A stretch of 59,001 nt of DNA, filler included. It is 4 parts of 4 records of this genome, joined end to end, with 100 filler letters (N's around TTAATTAATTAA, not from the genome) between each part and the next. Parts side by side here need not be neighbours in the genome. Positions count along the whole stretch, not along the records: positions 51,251 to 59,001 come from SRR2962707_4753; 3 more parts are not named here. The stretch is one strand, 5' to 3'. Position 1 is the first letter of the stretch. The number at the start of each line of letters is the position of its first letter. Shown one piece after another: positions 56,930 to 59,001 of this stretch. Below the pieces are notes generated by a model that ran no database searches, was not told the DNA's origin, and saw nothing but the letters and a program-made list of their open reading frames with translations. Position numbers and translations under genes: made by a program.

Positions 56930-58666
56930 TTATTGCTGCAGGCAAGCAGCGCGGCTACGGTTGTCCAGGAATTGCACAAGATCTGCCCATGGCATGGGGC
57001 GCGCGTAGTAGTAACCCTGAATTTCATCACAGTGTTGCTGGCGCAGGAACTCCAGTTGTCCTTCCGTCTCCACCCCTTCCGCCACCACGCTGATTTGCAG
57101 GCTGTGAGCCAGGCTGATAATGGCACGGATGATATGCTCGGCGTCGGCAGACTGCCCCAACTCCTGAACGAAAGACTTGTCGATTTTCACGAGGGATATA
57201 GGCAGGTGCTGAAGATTGCTGAGTGAGGAGAACCCGGTTCCGAAGTCATCCAGGGCAAAACTGATACCCAGTTGATTGAGCTCCCGCAGACATCGCTGGG
57301 CATATTCCGGGTCATGCATCATGGCGCTTTCCGTAAGCTCCAACTCCAACAGACTGGTGTCGATATTGGCATTGAAGATAATGCGGAAAATGGTTTCGGT
57401 CATCTTGCGATCATGGAACTGACGGAACGAAAGGTTCACGGCAAACACCAGCCCCGGGTGCCCGAGGTCTGAACACTCCTGCAGACGCTTGCAGGCCTGT
57501 TCAATCACCCAGTAGCCGATAGGAACGATCAACCCGCTGCGCTCAGCCACTGGAATGAATTCGTCCGGCCCCACCAACCCCCTTTCCGGATGATTCCACC
57601 GGAGCAGGCACTCCACCCCCCGAACTTCCTCCGACGCGAGGTCGATACGCGGCTGATAATACACTTCCAGCTCATTGCCCCGCAGAGCGTTACGGAGATC
57701 CGCCTCCAGGCGCAGTTGGTATCCGGCCGTTATGTGCAACTGACGATCGTAAAACCGGTAACTGGTACCTGGGTCGCGCTTGGCTTCAAACATGGCTCGG
57801 TTGGCACGTCGCAGAAGGTTTTCCGGGCTGTCACCCGCTTCCGGGTAGGTGGCCACACCGAGGCTGGCGCTGACGACGACATTCTGGCCGTCAAGGCTGA
57901 ATGGTTCACCCATCGCAGTCACGAGCTTGCGGATGATCTGGGTAATATCCAGGGAGTCTTCCACTTTCTCGACAATGATCGCAAACTCGTCGCCGCCAAT
58001 ACGCATCAGCGAATCCACTCGCCGCAGATTCTGTCGCAGCCGTTCCGCCAGCTTCAGCATGATCTGGTCACTCTTCTGGTAACCGAAGGATTCATTGAAG
58101 CTGCGGAAATCATCCAGGTTGATGTGCAACAACGCCAGCCGCTGGCTGGCACGCTCGGCCCTCAGCAATGCCTGTTGCAGGCGATCGAAGAACAGGTCAC
58201 GGTTGATAAAACCACTGGCCACTTCCCGGCCCAACTGGCCGTGAGCGGACTCCGAAAGCTGCTGCCGATACCAAAGACAGCGTACCGCGCGGCGCAGCCC
58301 CCACTCTTCCAATGACTGGCGACTCAGGTAGTCCGAAGCGCCATTGGCAAGCAGGTCAACAGCACGCTCGGAGGCTGGCTCGGCACTCAGTGCCAACACC
58401 GGTTTCTCATTGCTGGACACGGACAGGTACTGCAGGAAAGCGTCTTCGGAACCGCCATGAAACACACAGTCCCAGAGGATAACGTCAAAATGGGTATTGC
58501 GAATCAGATCATCGCAGTCGATAAGATCCGGGCACCAGGTCAGGTCCGGTTCCATTTCACAATCACGTGACAGGAGCGCACCCAGCCAGAGAAAATCCGC
58601 ATACTCCGGCGTCAGCACCAGCAGCCGTACATGGCTGGGATTGGGTTGTTTTACTGCCAGGGTCAT
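56930..58666 (-). CDS. REC-like/GGDEF/EAL c-di-GMP signalling protein
   Basis: Degenerate receiver domain, RIGGDEF, ECLLRW, ELTES, DDFGTG, EGVE and QGY. Confidence 0.92.
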   Translation of the reverse strand: MTLAVKQPNPSHVRLLVLTPEYADFLWLGALLSRDCEMEPDLTWCPDLIDCDDLIRNTHFDVILWDCVFHGGSEDAFLQYLSVSSNEKPVLALSAEPASERAVDLLANGASDYLSRQSLEEWGLRRAVRCLWYRQQLSESAHGQLGREVASGFINRDLFFDRLQQALLRAERASQRLALLHINLDDFRSFNESFGYQKSDQIMLKLAERLRQNLRRVDSLMRIGGDEFAIIVEKVEDSLDITQIIRKLVTAMGEPFSLDGQNVVVSASLGVATYPEAGDSPENLLRRANRAMFEAKRDPGTSYRFYDRQLHITAGYQLRLEADLRNALRGNELEVYYQPRIDLASEEVRGVECLLRWNHPERGLVGPDEFIPVAERSGLIVPIGYWVIEQACKRLQECSDLGHPGLVFAVNLSFRQFHDRKMTETIFRIIFNANIDTSLLELELTESAMMHDPEYAQRCLRELNQLGISFALDDFGTGFSSLSNLQHLPISLVKIDKSFVQELGQSADAEHIIRAIISLAHSLQISVVAEGVETEGQLEFLRQQHCDEIQGYYYARPMPWADLVQFLDNRSRAACLQQ

Positions 58667-58809
58667 TAAGAAGCGTCCCGTTCCTCGTGATCAAACATCT
58701 CCGTTCCCTCAAGAATAGCTGATAGATCGTCAAGGTACAGCATGTCTGCCTAGTGTAGAATGTTTGCTTCCCAGGTTATCTCGGAATTTCCCGGATTGGC
58801 GCAATTATT

Positions 58810-59001
58810 GTGAACAAGCTCAACCCCCGACAGAGTGAAGCCGTCCGCTACGCGGAGGGTCCTATGCTGGTACTGGCTGGTGCCGGCAGCGGTAAGACCA
58901 GCGTGATCACCCGCAAAGTGGCTTATCTGATCGAACACCTTGGCATTCCAGGGCGTCATATCGCCGCCGTGACCTTCACCAACAAGGCCGCGCGCGAAAT
59001 G
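58810..59001 (+). CDS. rep: ATP-dependent DNA helicase Rep, N-terminal part
   Basis: Manual translation [12 protein letters not shown]...[22 protein letters not shown]...[15 protein letters not shown] start; not in the ORF track. Confidence 0.92.
   Translation, partial: MNKLNPRQSEAVRYAEGPMLVLAGAGSGKTSVITRKVAYLIEHLGIPGRHIAAVTFTNKAAREM

Overview
This window is not one continuous locus. It holds four contigs joined by artificial 100-nt spacers (44 N + TTAATTAATTAA + 44 N) at 25166-25265, 39482-39581 and 51151-51250, and gene content suggests at least three organisms (taxonomy is inference). Contig 1 (1-25165, alphaproteobacterial, Devosia-like) carries a MocR/aminotransferase/paired-DMT module, a MarR gene with two secreted YHYH proteins, redox-stress genes, and an 11-kb GntR-associated sugar-acid catabolic cluster (GH-like protein, ABM protein, otnK, otnC, apiose-dehydrogenase-like oxidoreductase, an atypical LeuB/tartrate-dehydrogenase-family enzyme, lactonase, sugar ABC transporter) with three copies of a shared palindromic operator. 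Contig 2 (25266-39481, Marinobacter-like) carries a 7TM-DISM hybrid kinase phosphorelay, an esterase, a diguanylate cyclase, an sphBCD-like periplasmic operon, ybaK, an antiporter and the 3' end of monomeric icd. Contig 3 (39582-51150, Rhodobacteraceae-like) carries an Ig-repeat autotransporter and a nine-gene N-heterocycle scavenging operon with an NtrC-like box, and ends in an IS21-type terminal repeat. Contig 4 (51251-59001, Marinobacter-like) is mostly housekeeping: rsd (5' end), dsbB, fliL-like, rmf-like, gshA, tex, REC-GGDEF-EAL and rep (5' end). The best candidate for an undescribed system is the 14.2-25.2 kb cluster, which feeds OtnK/OtnC without the usual LtnD/DenD/OtnI genes in view and may degrade a branched, apiose-like carboxy-sugar. 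I saw no rRNA, tRNA or CRISPR array.
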